IMG/VR virus record: IMGVR_UViG_2695420571_000019
Strand: one strand, 5' to 3'
Source of the DNA: an uncultured virus (IMG/VR IMGVR_UViG_2695420571_000019)
Lineage: Duplodnaviria > Heunggongvirae > Uroviricota > Caudoviricetes
DNA length: 64,000 bases
Shown: positions 1-9,986 of the stretch, one piece after another
How the letters are laid out: each line of letters begins with the position of its first letter
How positions within the stretch are numbered: the first letter of the stretch is position 1
Made by a program: the position numbers and the translations under genes
The notes under the pieces: generated by a model
Told to the model about the DNA's origin: nothing
Databases searched by the model: none
Seen by the model: only the letters and a program-made list of their open reading frames with translations

Positions 1-1047
1 ATGTCCGCAAATAGAACAGGAAAACGCGTTAAAAAGGAACGTACGTTACGAAAGACAACGAGCAATCTCGATGTGCTTTTCGTCCAATTTCGCGCAATCA
101 AGAAATCGGAGGGACGGGCAGAATCTACCCTCGGCCAATACGAAGACAACTATGGCTTCTTTCTCGAATTTCTAGACCGAAAGGGAATCGCGCGATCCAT
201 TCACGAAATGAACCGGGATGTGATTCGGAAGTATATCGTCTATATGCAAGACGAATGGGTTAAATTCGAGGATCATTACTTTAAGAAGGACGAGCATATG
301 ACGAAAGGACTTGCGCCTGGCACGATTAACACGCGACTGAAAACATTACGCGTTTTCTTTAAGACGCTTTATGACGAAGGACTTATCGAACATAATCCGA
401 TGCACGGCATAAAGAACGTCAGAGAGCCCGAAGAGGAAATCGTGATCTTAGACGAGGACGAGCTTCGGATGTTATTTGCTGCGCCAAATCAACGTGAGTA
501 TGCCGATTTTAGGGACTACGTTTTAATGAACGTTTTATTAGACGGTATGATGCGTATTTCGGAAGCGCTTGGACTTAAGCAGGAAAACTTCGACTTTGCA
601 GCGCGCACTCTTTATATTCCGGCTACCATTGCGAAAAACAGACGAGCTCGTACGGTTCCTATCGAGTTTGGTACAGCGAAAATGCTAAACGAGTTAATAG
701 TAGAAAATCGTGCGGATTTTGAGAGCGAATATATTTTTCTCGCAAACTATGGCGAACGATTAACTCGTGATCATTTCCGCAAACGGCTCGTTGAATATGC
801 GAAAGAGGTTGGCATAAAGAAACGGGTGCATCCACATTTATTCCGACATACGGCAGCGACTATGTATTTAGAAAGCGGCGGAGATATTCGTCACTTACAA
901 ATGTTATTGGGACATAGTGATTTACGGATGGTCCAAAGATACACACACCTATCCGGAAGCTCGCTGACGGCTCAACACGAAAAATACTCCGCAATAAATA
1001 AGGTGCGCGGAAAACTAAATAAGCAGCGTAAAATAAATCGGAGATGA
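1..1047 (+). CDS. int: tyrosine recombinase / phage integrase
   Basis: Catalytic motifs MRISE, HPHLFRHT, LGHS and RYTH; N-terminal SAM-like binding region. Confidence 0.93.
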   Translation: MSANRTGKRVKKERTLRKTTSNLDVLFVQFRAIKKSEGRAESTLGQYEDNYGFFLEFLDRKGIARSIHEMNRDVIRKYIVYMQDEWVKFEDHYFKKDEHMTKGLAPGTINTRLKTLRVFFKTLYDEGLIEHNPMHGIKNVREPEEEIVILDEDELRMLFAAPNQREYADFRDYVLMNVLLDGMMRISEALGLKQENFDFAARTLYIPATIAKNRRARTVPIEFGTAKMLNELIVENRADFESEYIFLANYGERLTRDHFRKRLVEYAKEVGIKKRVHPHLFRHTAATMYLESGGDIRHLQMLLGHSDLRMVQRYTHLSGSSLTAQHEKYSAINKVRGKLNKQRKINRR

Positions 1048-1075
1048 CTCGGCTTAACGGCCGGGTTATTTTTTT
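1047..1075 (+). terminator. rho-independent terminator after integrase
   Basis: ACTCGGC-TTAACG-GCCGGGT stem followed by TATTTTTTT. Confidence 0.75.
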
Positions 1076-1196
1076 GTCCATTTCCCGAAGTCCCTACGCA
1101 TCTTAAGTGGCAGCCGAAAAAAAGTTACGTAATCTATGTCGCAAAATCTAAGGTAGCCTACCCATTATATAAGTGTAGGGATAAAAACAAGAAAAA

Positions 1197-1277
1197 GTGT
1201 CCGTTTTGGGAAGTTCCTTTGCAGTTATTAATGAAAAGGTTGCGCCAATCCGGAAGTCGATACGCAGTTACTAATGA
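1197..1277 (+). promoter_or_regulatory. tandem phage-specific promoter-like motifs upstream of the replication operon
   Basis: GTGTCCGTTTTGG-N10-TGCAGTTATTAATGA (1197-1234) and GCCAATCCG-N10-CGCAGTTA (1244-1270); both recur at 12845 and/or 27650-27734. Confidence 0.65.
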
Positions 1278-1348
1278 TGGGAGAATATTACGCTGAATTG
1301 TGCGGTTTGTAAAAGTCGCGGGCATTATCTATTGAGGGAGGCTTAGTA

Positions 1349-2221
1349 ATGAAAAATGAAATATCTTCTTTTAAATATGAACAACTTGATAAAACGACGT
1401 CCGAATTTCTAAGATCAAAGGAAAATAATATGCGCGAGATTGTAGGAAAAGCATATACCGATTTGGGGCGTGAGTTAAAAGAAGCTCAAGAACATCTTGC
1501 AAAAAACGGATGCGGATGCTTTCAGACGTGGGCTGAGTCAATAGGTTTCAAAAGAAATAAGGCATATGATCTAATTCGTAGGTATGAAATGATCGTCCGA
1601 ATTTCGGATGGACAGCAGATCAGTATTCTCGAAGATCTTCCCGTCTCCTTAACGTATGAAATCGCACGCCCATCCGCAGAGTCAACCGAACCTAAACGCC
1701 AAGCCAAACAAGCGGTCCTCAACGGTGAGGTAAAGACGTTAAAGGAATACCGAGAGTTATTGGCGGAAAAAGAGGCGGCCGAGGCTGCGCTTAAACAAGT
1801 GGAATCACAACGCACCTTGGCGGAACAAGAAGCGGATATACTGCGCGAAAAGTTAGAGCGGGCCGAAGAAGTGGAGCCAGAAGTTCGGACGGAATACGTT
1901 GAAGTTCCGATATCCGATCCGAAAATAGTTGCAGAAAATGAGCGCTATAAAGAACTTTTCGGAGACGTTTCGATGTACGAAGGCAAAACAACGCGTGTAA
2001 CTAACGGGGATGCAATTACGTATACCGTTCGCGAGTTCTCAGAAGACGTTAGAAAATTCGTTGAAAAATACGGACATCTAACGCACTTCGCACAAGAGTT
2101 CAACGGAATGATTGACGAAGGAAAAGTCGAGTATGGAAAAGCCATTCACGCAATGCAGACGTTCTTGAATTCGATGAGACGCGTAATGAACGAAAAAGAA
2201 GCAGTGATTATAAACGGATAA
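1349..2221 (+). CDS. phage protein, DUF3102-like N-terminus with coiled coil
   Basis: 290 aa with GGAGG RBS; 'LGRELKEAQEHLA...FQTWAESIGF' pattern. Confidence 0.6.
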   Translation: MKNEISSFKYEQLDKTTSEFLRSKENNMREIVGKAYTDLGRELKEAQEHLAKNGCGCFQTWAESIGFKRNKAYDLIRRYEMIVRISDGQQISILEDLPVSLTYEIARPSAESTEPKRQAKQAVLNGEVKTLKEYRELLAEKEAAEAALKQVESQRTLAEQEADILREKLERAEEVEPEVRTEYVEVPISDPKIVAENERYKELFGDVSMYEGKTTRVTNGDAITYTVREFSEDVRKFVEKYGHLTHFAQEFNGMIDEGKVEYGKAIHAMQTFLNSMRRVMNEKEAVIING

Positions 2222-2234
2222 AGGAGAGATTTTA

Positions 2235-2720
2235 ATGTTAACGATTAAAAACGTAAAAGATGGTGGAGTTGCTTATATTTTCGGAGCAGAATACGCAGGG
2301 GTTGCGAAAGCGTTATTTCCTCAGTTTGCACAACGGTTACTAGGAGCGCCTAATCATCAGGTGGATACGCCTAAATTGAATGACATCTACGAAAAAGTAG
2401 AACGGGCGATAGACGCCCCGAATAAGACAGCGGCAACCAACACCCGCCTAAATGGTCTTTCACACGAAAAGGCTGCCAGTGAAATTATCTCGTCCTTGTA
2501 TGAAAAGATGGGCGATACTATCCCGCAACAATTACGAGCTTTCTATACGGAAGTGGAAGCACGTCTTGGTATTCAGTTTTCCAGACTTCATAAAGAACGC
2601 GTACGTGCAGCGAAAGGGAGCGCGGGTAAGTATCCATACCGTAAGATGGATACGATTCTTTTACATGCTAGTCGAGAGGCGGTCCTCGAAATTGCCGATA
2701 ATTTTACCTTCAAGGGGTGA
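2235..2720 (+). CDS. hypothetical phage protein
   Basis: 161 aa ORF with AAGGAG RBS. Confidence 0.7.
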   Translation: MLTIKNVKDGGVAYIFGAEYAGVAKALFPQFAQRLLGAPNHQVDTPKLNDIYEKVERAIDAPNKTAATNTRLNGLSHEKAASEIISSLYEKMGDTIPQQLRAFYTEVEARLGIQFSRLHKERVRAAKGSAGKYPYRKMDTILLHASREAVLEIADNFTFKG

Positions 2721-2726
2721 TAACGA

Positions 2727-3104
2727 ATGACAAATGCAAAGCGCCCGATTGACTTTCATGACCACAGATTCGTACGTGTTACGAAGTCGGTTATCGCAGA
2801 CGAAACGTATTTAGATAAGCCGGTACAGAAACTCGTATACGCCGTACTTTGTTTCCACGCAGACAATACGAGTAAGAAGTCGCATCCAAGCGTCCAAACG
2901 ATCGCGGATAAATGCCGATGTTCAACGAATACGGTGCGGTCAGCGTTACGTAGGCTGAAGGAACTCGAACTTATTGACGTCAAAGAACGCAAAAATGGTA
3001 ACGGTCAGACTTCTAATGAATACACGCTATGGGAGCCTCCGGATTGGTTCGTGGTGGGCGGCACTTCAAAAAACGATAGTAGCCCCCTGCAAGATTTGAA
3101 GTAA
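2727..3104 (+). CDS. winged-HTH replication initiator-like protein (short)
   Basis: 'SHPSVQTIADKCRCSTNTVRSALRRLKELELI...SNEYTL' is typical of phage/plasmid initiator N-termini. Confidence 0.75.
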   Translation: MTNAKRPIDFHDHRFVRVTKSVIADETYLDKPVQKLVYAVLCFHADNTSKKSHPSVQTIADKCRCSTNTVRSALRRLKELELIDVKERKNGNGQTSNEYTLWEPPDWFVVGGTSKNDSSPLQDLK

Positions 3105-3270
3105 GGTACTTCACAGTTTGAAGACGAACTAAACTCATTTAACTAGACTTATTTAACTAAACTAATAATAGCGCTCAATTAAAAACCTTTCGCGCAGATA
3201 TTCATTAATTAATAGAATCTTATCGCGATAAAGAATATTTGCAAGAGTGAGCGAAAGCGAACGATTGCTA
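3060..3270. promoter_or_regulatory. candidate replication origin 1
   Basis: ACTTCA and TTTGAAG repeats at the initiator 3' end, AT-rich ATTTAACTA repeats, palindrome TTATCGCGATAA (3220-3231). Confidence 0.45.
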
Positions 3271-3300
3271 GGTCTATTAAATAACGAATGGAGTGCGAAT

Positions 3301-3474
3301 ATGTACGGAAGTAACTCAACTTTATCTGAAGAACAGGCGCGGAAAATTCTTGAAACTGTCCCGATTAAATTGCCGAAATCCCAGCGCGAAAAAGAAGAAC
3401 TTGAAAAGGCCCGAAAGATCCTCGAATCGCGACGACTAATTAACGAAAGGAGTAACGATAACCATGGCGATTAA
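3301..3474 (+). CDS. hypothetical protein
   Basis: ATG at 3301 after GGAG; overlaps the next gene. Confidence 0.55.
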   Translation: MYGSNSTLSEEQARKILETVPIKLPKSQREKEELEKARKILESRRLINERSNDNHGD

Positions 3475-3787
3475 CATTCCGGTCTCACCCGATTATCACC
3501 TAACGTCAGACGAACGAAACATCATCGTAAAGGAGCGCTACTTCAGCGACCCAACGAAAGCGCCGAACTGGGCGAAGCGGCTAGCCGAAAATCCGGACGC
3601 CGACCCAACGCCGCAGGAAAAGTGGCGCGAGGTAGCGTTTCACTCGACGGTCGAACGCGCGCTTATGGACGTAATGAATCGGCGGTTGAGGTCTTCGGAT
3701 GCGCAATCGCTGGCGGAATTAGCACGATTAATACGGGAATTTCGCGGCGAATTAGCGGCGTTACTGACGGTCGAGGGCATTCGGTAG
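3464..3787 (+). CDS. hypothetical phage protein (DUF5405-like)
   Basis: 107 aa with AAGGAG RBS. Confidence 0.6.
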   Translation: MAINIPVSPDYHLTSDERNIIVKERYFSDPTKAPNWAKRLAENPDADPTPQEKWREVAFHSTVERALMDVMNRRLRSSDAQSLAELARLIREFRGELAALLTVEGIR

Positions 3788-3831
3788 GGTAGACGATAAA
3801 ACGCGAAAATACACGGAGTGGAGGCGTTAAA

Positions 3832-4434
3832 TTGACACGTAGAACTTGGCGAAAAGGCGACCTGTTGATTTCGTACGGAAGTCCGGTGATAACCACGTTT
3901 GGTGGTGACGATGAGAAAATCGAAAGTATGCGGGATGTAATTTATTTTTACTACGACATTACAATTTTACACGGAAAGAAAACGATATTCTCAGCGAGCA
4001 CACACGACTTTCCGAAGGTTCCAAGCTTGCCGGCTTTCCTCGAACATATTCTAACGTTCGATATGACGAAAGGATACGCGCTCGAACGAACCGTAGATGG
4101 CGGATTTATTAGGAACGTAGACTATGCGCAAATTGTTCTCGAAGATGCCATCGGAATGGCTAACGAATACTATTACAAAATTGAACGCTACGACTACTCG
4201 GTAAAGCAAGCAGACGAAGAATCTCCGAAAAAGTGGTCGGAGTATACGTTGACGATCGGAAGAGCGTTACTTGGTCGAGACGATGATGGCGTATTTAGAG
4301 AAGATTTCGGAGAAGCAATCGTTATTAAGTATTTGACTGCGGAGGAACTTATCGCGTTGAAAAAGACGGCAGAGGCGTTTTGTGGTGCGGCTATCTGTGA
4401 CTATAACGAAAGTTTAGAGGAGGGCAAGCGATGA
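3832..4434 (+). CDS. hypothetical protein
   Basis: 200 aa, TTG start after GGAGG. Confidence 0.7.
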   Translation: MTRRTWRKGDLLISYGSPVITTFGGDDEKIESMRDVIYFYYDITILHGKKTIFSASTHDFPKVPSLPAFLEHILTFDMTKGYALERTVDGGFIRNVDYAQIVLEDAIGMANEYYYKIERYDYSVKQADEESPKKWSEYTLTIGRALLGRDDDGVFREDFGEAIVIKYLTAEELIALKKTAEAFCGAAICDYNESLEEGKR

Positions 4435-4613
4435 CCGAAGAAGTTAAACGATTGCGGTGTGCTGTGGCGGATTTGATTGGCGAGAATGAGCGGTTGACGG
4501 CGGCGTTGAGGGTGATCGAAATAAAGTCGCAGTTACCCGAAGAAAGCGTCGATTTGGTTCCGGTTACTGCGCTATACGAAATTAATTTACACGCAAAGGA
4601 GGCGCTAAAATGA
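4431..4613 (+). CDS. hypothetical protein
   Basis: ATGA overlap with the upstream gene, GGAGG RBS. Confidence 0.65.
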   Translation: MTEEVKRLRCAVADLIGENERLTAALRVIEIKSQLPEESVDLVPVTALYEINLHAKEALK

Positions 4614-4963
4614 AGCCGACAATCACGAAGGAACAGGCGGGGGCTATTCAGATATTTATGGATGGCGACAAGGAGAAATCCGACTTACTACGAATTCACG
4701 CAAAGGATCGATGGATCGAAGAGTTTTCGTGTCTAAATGAACTCGACATCATGACGCTAGCGGCCGCATTGGTCAACGGATACGAAGTCGGAAAGACGCC
4801 GGAGGAAGAGGTGCGGGAGTATTACGAATGGTTGAAAAGATCACGAGATGAGCGACATTTAGCGGGTGATGTAGAAGGTAATCGGTTTATAGCCGGATTA
4901 TTACAAGGAGTACTCAACACCCTCGATTACCTCGGAATCAAAATCGAAGGAGTGAACGCTTGA
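4610..4963 (+). CDS. hypothetical phage protein
   Basis: 117 aa, translationally coupled. Confidence 0.7.
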   Translation: MKPTITKEQAGAIQIFMDGDKEKSDLLRIHAKDRWIEEFSCLNELDIMTLAAALVNGYEVGKTPEEEVREYYEWLKRSRDERHLAGDVEGNRFIAGLLQGVLNTLDYLGIKIEGVNA

Positions 4964-5205
4964 TGCTCCGCCTGGATCGCGCCGTTGTCCGGTTGGTTGG
5001 AACGTCGTATAAAGAGGCGTCCGAGTTAATCGCAAAGGGCGGCGTAAGAATAAACGGACGTGTAGATTCAAGGTCGTGGCGTTTCTTAAACAGCAGATAT
5101 TACTTCGTTAAGGTTCACGGACACGGACGTTATAAATTTGCGGTAAAGGGCGGAAATCTTACGAAAATAAAACGAAAGGTTGGCGTTAAGTATGACAACG
5201 TATGA
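4960..5205 (+). CDS. S4-like RNA-binding domain protein
   Basis: 'RLDRAVVRLVGTSYKEASELIAKGGVRINGR' fits the S4 pattern RLD..S...A..LI..G.V.ING. Confidence 0.65.
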   Translation: MMLRLDRAVVRLVGTSYKEASELIAKGGVRINGRVDSRSWRFLNSRYYFVKVHGHGRYKFAVKGGNLTKIKRKVGVKYDNV

Positions 5206-5542
5206 ATCAAAGCCGGTCGCCAAGTGGAATACGCGCGATTTTATCGGCTACCTGCACGCCAAGCACAAAGAAACTTACGGAATTCCATACGTAACGAACA
5301 ACCGCGGCATGGAGGCGAAGAACTTAAAACTGATGATCGACGAGCAAGGCTCCGAGGTTACGCGGAGATTCATCGATAAATGTTTCGCGGAGAAAAAGCC
5401 GACGCTGAAGTATCCGGGCTGTAACTTTGCGTTTATGTTCTCGTACATGCGCGAAAGTGTTTTATCGCGTGTGCTTACGGAAGTCAAGGCCGAACAGCAA
5501 AGAGCCGAGCGCAATGAAGGCGTAGATAATACGTGGTTTTGA
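5192..5542 (+). CDS. conserved phage replication-region protein
   Basis: ATG at 5192; lies upstream of the DnaC-like gene. Confidence 0.6.
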   Translation: MTTYESKPVAKWNTRDFIGYLHAKHKETYGIPYVTNNRGMEAKNLKLMIDEQGSEVTRRFIDKCFAEKKPTLKYPGCNFAFMFSYMRESVLSRVLTEVKAEQQRAERNEGVDNTWF

Positions 5543-5571
5543 CGCAAACAAAAACGAGGAGGGGTTGCGGA

Positions 5572-5952
5572 ATGGTATGTCGATTATGTAAGGAACGCGG
5601 AAAGACGTGGTACGGCTCCGATCCAGTTTGCGCATTTGAAAATGGCGTCTTTTCACCGGATAACTGGGCGTGCGCAACGATGGGGAAACTGCGCAGGTTA
5701 TCGGAGGAACTCGGACATTCCGATCGCGACGATGATTCTTGCGGGTCTATAGGATACGTGCCTTTAAACGATAATTATGCGCCTGATACTTACGGAGGGT
5801 TTGGTGGCTATATCGTAATGATGTGGTACAAAGAGCGCGGAAGGGTTGGAAACGCGGTATTTATGACGGACGATGGTACGGAACCTTTGACGCTTGAGCA
5901 CGCAGAGATCGCGATTAAAACAGCGGAAAAATGGTTGCGAGTAAGTGAATAG
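5572..5952 (+). CDS. Cys-rich hypothetical protein
   Basis: ATG after GAGGAGG; CxxC plus further cysteines. Confidence 0.65.
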   Translation: MVCRLCKERGKTWYGSDPVCAFENGVFSPDNWACATMGKLRRLSEELGHSDRDDDSCGSIGYVPLNDNYAPDTYGGFGGYIVMMWYKERGRVGNAVFMTDDGTEPLTLEHAEIAIKTAEKWLRVSE

Positions 5953-6619
5953 CGAAGTTAAATACGAGGAGGCTGACGAAATGAAAATCGATTTGAACGC
6001 AATGGGATACGACGAGCTAATGGCGCACGGAGACGCGGTAATGGAGGCGATTAAAAAGCGCACATTTCAAGAAGGATTTCGAGCGGCTAAACAAGTTCAG
6101 CGAAAGTTAGCGAAAATGAATGCCGAGAAAAGCGCCCAAGCCCGCCGTGATGAAATCGTTGAGCAGGCGAAGGCGTACGCTGAGGAACTGACTAATTACG
6201 GTGATGAAGTGCGATATGAGCCGGATATGTGGTCCTTTGCAACGAGCGACGTGGAGTTCGTAGTTAATCGAGATAAACGAACGGTTGTTGCGCTATTAAA
6301 AGGCGCCCGCACCGGTAAAGTCTACGCCAAAGGAATCGCCAAAGCCGCCCCTGACGACTGCTTCAACGTTCATATCGGTAAAGCAATTGCGCTAAGACGT
6401 GCGCTAGGCCTGGTGGTGCCAGACGAATACTTAAACGCGCCTCAGCCGACTGAGGTTCGTGTGGGAGACGTTGTTTCGAACCCGCCGGAATGGACGGGAG
6501 CAGTTATTGCAGACGATGGTTGGCCGCTTCTTAACGGAAGATGTGTGCGGTTAAAGGATGCACGAAAGTACGGACTCGAAATAATCGACGACTCGCGTGA
6601 AGAGATGGGCGGTGAGTGA
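5945..6619 (+). CDS. conserved phage protein
   Basis: 'DDCFNVHIGKAIALRRAL' motif common in Firmicute phages. Confidence 0.7.
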   Translation: MNSEVKYEEADEMKIDLNAMGYDELMAHGDAVMEAIKKRTFQEGFRAAKQVQRKLAKMNAEKSAQARRDEIVEQAKAYAEELTNYGDEVRYEPDMWSFATSDVEFVVNRDKRTVVALLKGARTGKVYAKGIAKAAPDDCFNVHIGKAIALRRALGLVVPDEYLNAPQPTEVRVGDVVSNPPEWTGAVIADDGWPLLNGRCVRLKDARKYGLEIIDDSREEMGGE

Positions 6620-6795
6620 CGTACCACAGACGCCTGAAGACGACGGTGTTTAAAAAGTATAGCGGATATGACTGGACTTACGATGCGATGTATCCGGAAC
6701 CGCGAGTGAAGGGCGCAGATAAACGAATGCGCTCGAAGCATGAAAGAACGATAAGAAAACGAATTGATCGGAAGGAGGTCCGCGAATATGACTAA
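6616..6795 (+). CDS. small basic hypothetical protein (59 aa, not in ORF track)
   Basis: GTG start overlaps the upstream stop; MTYHRRLKTT...EVREYD fills the gap to the DnaC-like gene. Confidence 0.5.
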   Translation: MTYHRRLKTTVFKKYSGYDWTYDAMYPEPRVKGADKRMRSKHERTIRKRIDRKEVREYD

Positions 6796-7588
6796 CGAAA
6801 ATAATTGCGTACTTGCTAACGGATGTAAAGCGGCGGGCTCCGGCGCCTGTACGCAACACTGTCCGTATTTCATCGCAATGCACGGCGCATCAGGCGAAGG
6901 TGGGCGATCAGGGGCGGCAGGGCTTCCGCGTGAATACCGGCTGGTGACGCTTCAGAATTCGCCGGCACGCGGGGCGATTTATATAAAGGAACGGAAGCCG
7001 TCCGTTATAAAAGAAAGCGTAACGACTATGGCGGAAGCTTACGTTAAATCTTTCGATCGTCAATTCGATCAGGAAGCTGGAATGATCTCGCCAGTTGAGC
7101 GCATTAAATCGCTATATCTCGTAAGCGAATCGCCCGGAACAGGCAAGACGACGACAGCAGCGGCGCTTCTTAACGAATGGCTACGCGTCCATTATAGCGG
7201 CTCCTTGCGCCGGGGGTTAACGCCTTTACAGCGTCCAGCATATTTCCTCGATATGAACGAATGGCAGACGGAGTTTAACTTGGCGACGATGGCGAATGAC
7301 GACGAAGGCATGGCGGAATTTCAACGGAAGATGAAGCTAGCAATGACGACACCATTTGCGGTCCTAGACGATATAGGGGTACGAGACTGCACGCCTGCAT
7401 TTCGTGGATATCTACACGCCGTAATAAACGCAAGGGTAACAAATCAATTACCGACTATCTATACGAGCAACATTGCACTTGGATCGCTGGCGACAGTATT
7501 CGGAGAAAAGCGGCTGGCCGACCGTATTGGCGACCTGTGCCGCGAGATTGAATTCATAGGTGAATCGAAAAGGGGGACGCGTAGATGA
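6788..7588 (+). CDS. DnaC/IstB-like AAA+ helicase loader
   Basis: Walker A-like SPGTGKT, Walker B VLDDIG, 'PTIYTSN', 'RLADRI'. Confidence 0.85.
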   Translation: MTNENNCVLANGCKAAGSGACTQHCPYFIAMHGASGEGGRSGAAGLPREYRLVTLQNSPARGAIYIKERKPSVIKESVTTMAEAYVKSFDRQFDQEAGMISPVERIKSLYLVSESPGTGKTTTAAALLNEWLRVHYSGSLRRGLTPLQRPAYFLDMNEWQTEFNLATMANDDEGMAEFQRKMKLAMTTPFAVLDDIGVRDCTPAFRGYLHAVINARVTNQLPTIYTSNIALGSLATVFGEKRLADRIGDLCREIEFIGESKRGTRR

Positions 7589-8097
7589 AGCCGAAATTCG
7601 CTATCGGAGATATCGTCGCAGTAGACGGATACAAAGATCGGATTTTCTACGTTGATTGCTGGCGCGAAGTCACACAGCACGAAGAAAATGGCGCCTTTGA
7701 TTACGTTGAGTACGACTTGACCGACGCGATTAACGGTGAGTGGCTGGAAGCCGATAGCGATGACCTGCGTTTGGTCTGTCGGGAGGCGGCGTCGGAAGAT
7801 TTCTTGATGACGTATGACATGACGAACTATCCGGAGCCGGTGGGCACTGAGATTCATATTGCAGACATTTTTCCGACATTACCAAGCGTAGAAAGCGTCG
7901 CGGAGATAGGAAAAGGACTCAAAAAGGTGGCGAGTGATATGGCGAAAAAGAAAGCGAAGGAAGAGGCGAAGCTAATCGACGGACTGCTAGACGAATATAA
8001 CGATTACATGCGCCTTTACGAAACGTTTGGAGACGCGGAATATAAAACGAAGGCTGACGGTGTGATGACGAAATTAAGACGGGAGGCGGGCGAATGA
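7585..8097 (+). CDS. hypothetical phage protein
   Basis: 170 aa, coupled to neighbours. Confidence 0.7.
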   Translation: MKPKFAIGDIVAVDGYKDRIFYVDCWREVTQHEENGAFDYVEYDLTDAINGEWLEADSDDLRLVCREAASEDFLMTYDMTNYPEPVGTEIHIADIFPTLPSVESVAEIGKGLKKVASDMAKKKAKEEAKLIDGLLDEYNDYMRLYETFGDAEYKTKADGVMTKLRREAGE

Positions 8098-8318
8098 AGC
8101 GCAGAATTAGATACGTTTATACGGACGCTGAATGGGCTAGAAAGACCTGCATTACAGCCGCAATTAACTACGTTTTAATGCCAATACATCTACCGTTGTA
8201 CGCAATATATTTAATCGGATTAGGTGCGGATTATTTAATGAAAGCTATCGGAAAACTTGTTGACAAAGCGGTCGAATCGATTGTTTTTCGTAAAAATCGA
8301 AGGGAGGGAGACGAATGA
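8094..8318 (+). CDS. small membrane protein
   Basis: Hydrophobic central segment. Confidence 0.6.
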   Translation: MKRRIRYVYTDAEWARKTCITAAINYVLMPIHLPLYAIYLIGLGADYLMKAIGKLVDKAVESIVFRKNRREGDE

Positions 8319-8485
8319 CCGACGTAAACAGGTGGAATAACCTCGGGTTATATTTGCGCGAAACTGAGGTCGTCGAATGCCCTTACTGCGGAAGTAAAGA
8401 GAGGTTTCCGAGAAGCGAAGTTCCCAAATACGTTTACTGCGAAGGCTGTTATCGAAAATACGCAAGCGAGGGTGATCTCTTATGA
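8315..8485 (+). CDS. zinc-ribbon protein (56 aa, not in ORF track)
   Basis: CPYC...CEGC; overlaps both neighbours; GGAGGGAG RBS. Confidence 0.6.
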   Translation: MTDVNRWNNLGLYLRETEVVECPYCGSKERFPRSEVPKYVYCEGCYRKYASEGDLL

Positions 8486-9876
8486 ACTACGGAACTTTGC
8501 TAATATCGAAAGCCGTCGAAGCGAACGACCCGAACGCTCTATTGCGTTTTAACATCGCTGAAAACGACCTACCAACGCAAGGCGAACGCAAAGCCTTCCG
8601 GTATCTCATGCAATACGCGGAGCAGCACCGGGGCCAAGCGCCGACCGCCGAAATGGTTACGAATGAAGTTCCGGAATTCGAACCGGACTTTAGTATCGAA
8701 GCCAGTTGGGATTACCTCGCGAAAAACCTTAAGGACCGGGCGGCAGAACGCCAATTTATCGAGCTTGTTAGCGGTCGTATCGATCCGGAAACTGGACGCC
8801 AAGTGCAGGAGCCGCAACTCGAAAAACGATTTATTGAAGCGCAAAAAAGCGGCGATATGGGAAGTTTCTTCGAGTGGTTGACAGAGCAGGCCGAAAGTCT
8901 TAAAATGAGAACAAACGTTCGAAATTCGGTTGGGACGGACATCAAGCGCGACATCGATAAATTCAAAGCCGAATACGAAAATCGAAAGGCCGGCGAGTCT
9001 TTCCGGATCTGGCGGAGCAAGTTCGACTTTATTAATCGGGCTATGGGCGGATATGTTTCGTCTAACGTCTACGTTATTTACGGAAAGTCTGGGCGCGGTA
9101 AGTCGGCCATTGCGTTGGAGGAAGTCGTTAACTGTGCGATGCAGGGCGCGAACGTTCTTATTTGGTCGATGGAAATGGGATGGTACGAAGTCCTGGTGCG
9201 CCTGTACGTTTCAATTTCCGGAAGCCTGGGCGTTACGACTGCGACTCTTAACGGCGTCAATATGGAAGCCGGCTTTAATTCGCGAGACGTCCGCCAGGGA
9301 AACCTAAACGAAGAATTCGAAGCGGGCTTTATGGAATTCCTCGGACGGCTAAACGATATACTGCCGGGAAACATTACGGTTCGTGGCGTAGATGACGAAG
9401 ACTTTGGCTCCCGTACATTGCGCGATCTGAAGTCGGACATTATCGAAACGAAAGCCGACGTCGTGCTCGTAGATCCCTTTTATTATCTCGACTATGAAGC
9501 CAATACGTCAAAGACTGCGGGCGGGGATGCGGCTAATACTTCGCAAAAACTGCGCCGTCTGGCCGGGCATACGAAAGCGACTATCTTCGCGCTGACACAG
9601 GCGGACGAAGAAGACGAAAAGGCGGGCGAAGATGGTGAGCGGGAACTTAAATTGCCGCAACGTAAAGACGTTAAGAAAACGAAAGCCCTTCTCGAAGATG
9701 CTGCGTTATTAATCGCGGTTGATACGAACGCAAAGGAAGGGCGCGGCATGATCGGCTTAAATAAAGGGCGTGACGGCGGCGAAGGAGAGTCCGCGGAGAT
9801 TATCTACTTGCCGCAAATCGGCGTTGTGAAGCAGCCGGAAGCCGGAGAAGCAGCGGCAGCCCAGTTCGATTTCTAA
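8482..9876 (+). CDS. DnaB-like replicative helicase
   Basis: GKSGRGKS Walker A, 'WSMEM', 'VLVDP', 'FALTQ', 'KGRDG'. Confidence 0.9.
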   Translation: MNYGTLLISKAVEANDPNALLRFNIAENDLPTQGERKAFRYLMQYAEQHRGQAPTAEMVTNEVPEFEPDFSIEASWDYLAKNLKDRAAERQFIELVSGRIDPETGRQVQEPQLEKRFIEAQKSGDMGSFFEWLTEQAESLKMRTNVRNSVGTDIKRDIDKFKAEYENRKAGESFRIWRSKFDFINRAMGGYVSSNVYVIYGKSGRGKSAIALEEVVNCAMQGANVLIWSMEMGWYEVLVRLYVSISGSLGVTTATLNGVNMEAGFNSRDVRQGNLNEEFEAGFMEFLGRLNDILPGNITVRGVDDEDFGSRTLRDLKSDIIETKADVVLVDPFYYLDYEANTSKTAGGDAANTSQKLRRLAGHTKATIFALTQADEEDEKAGEDGERELKLPQRKDVKKTKALLEDAALLIAVDTNAKEGRGMIGLNKGRDGGEGESAEIIYLPQIGVVKQPEAGEAAAAQFDF

Positions 9877-9986
9877 GTCGGAAAGAATTTCATATAAAAT
9901 TCTGAATAGTTTCGACAAAAACCGACTGTATAAAATGTAACATTCGTGTAATATTCTTTACAAATACATCTTTTGGAGGTGTTCAC

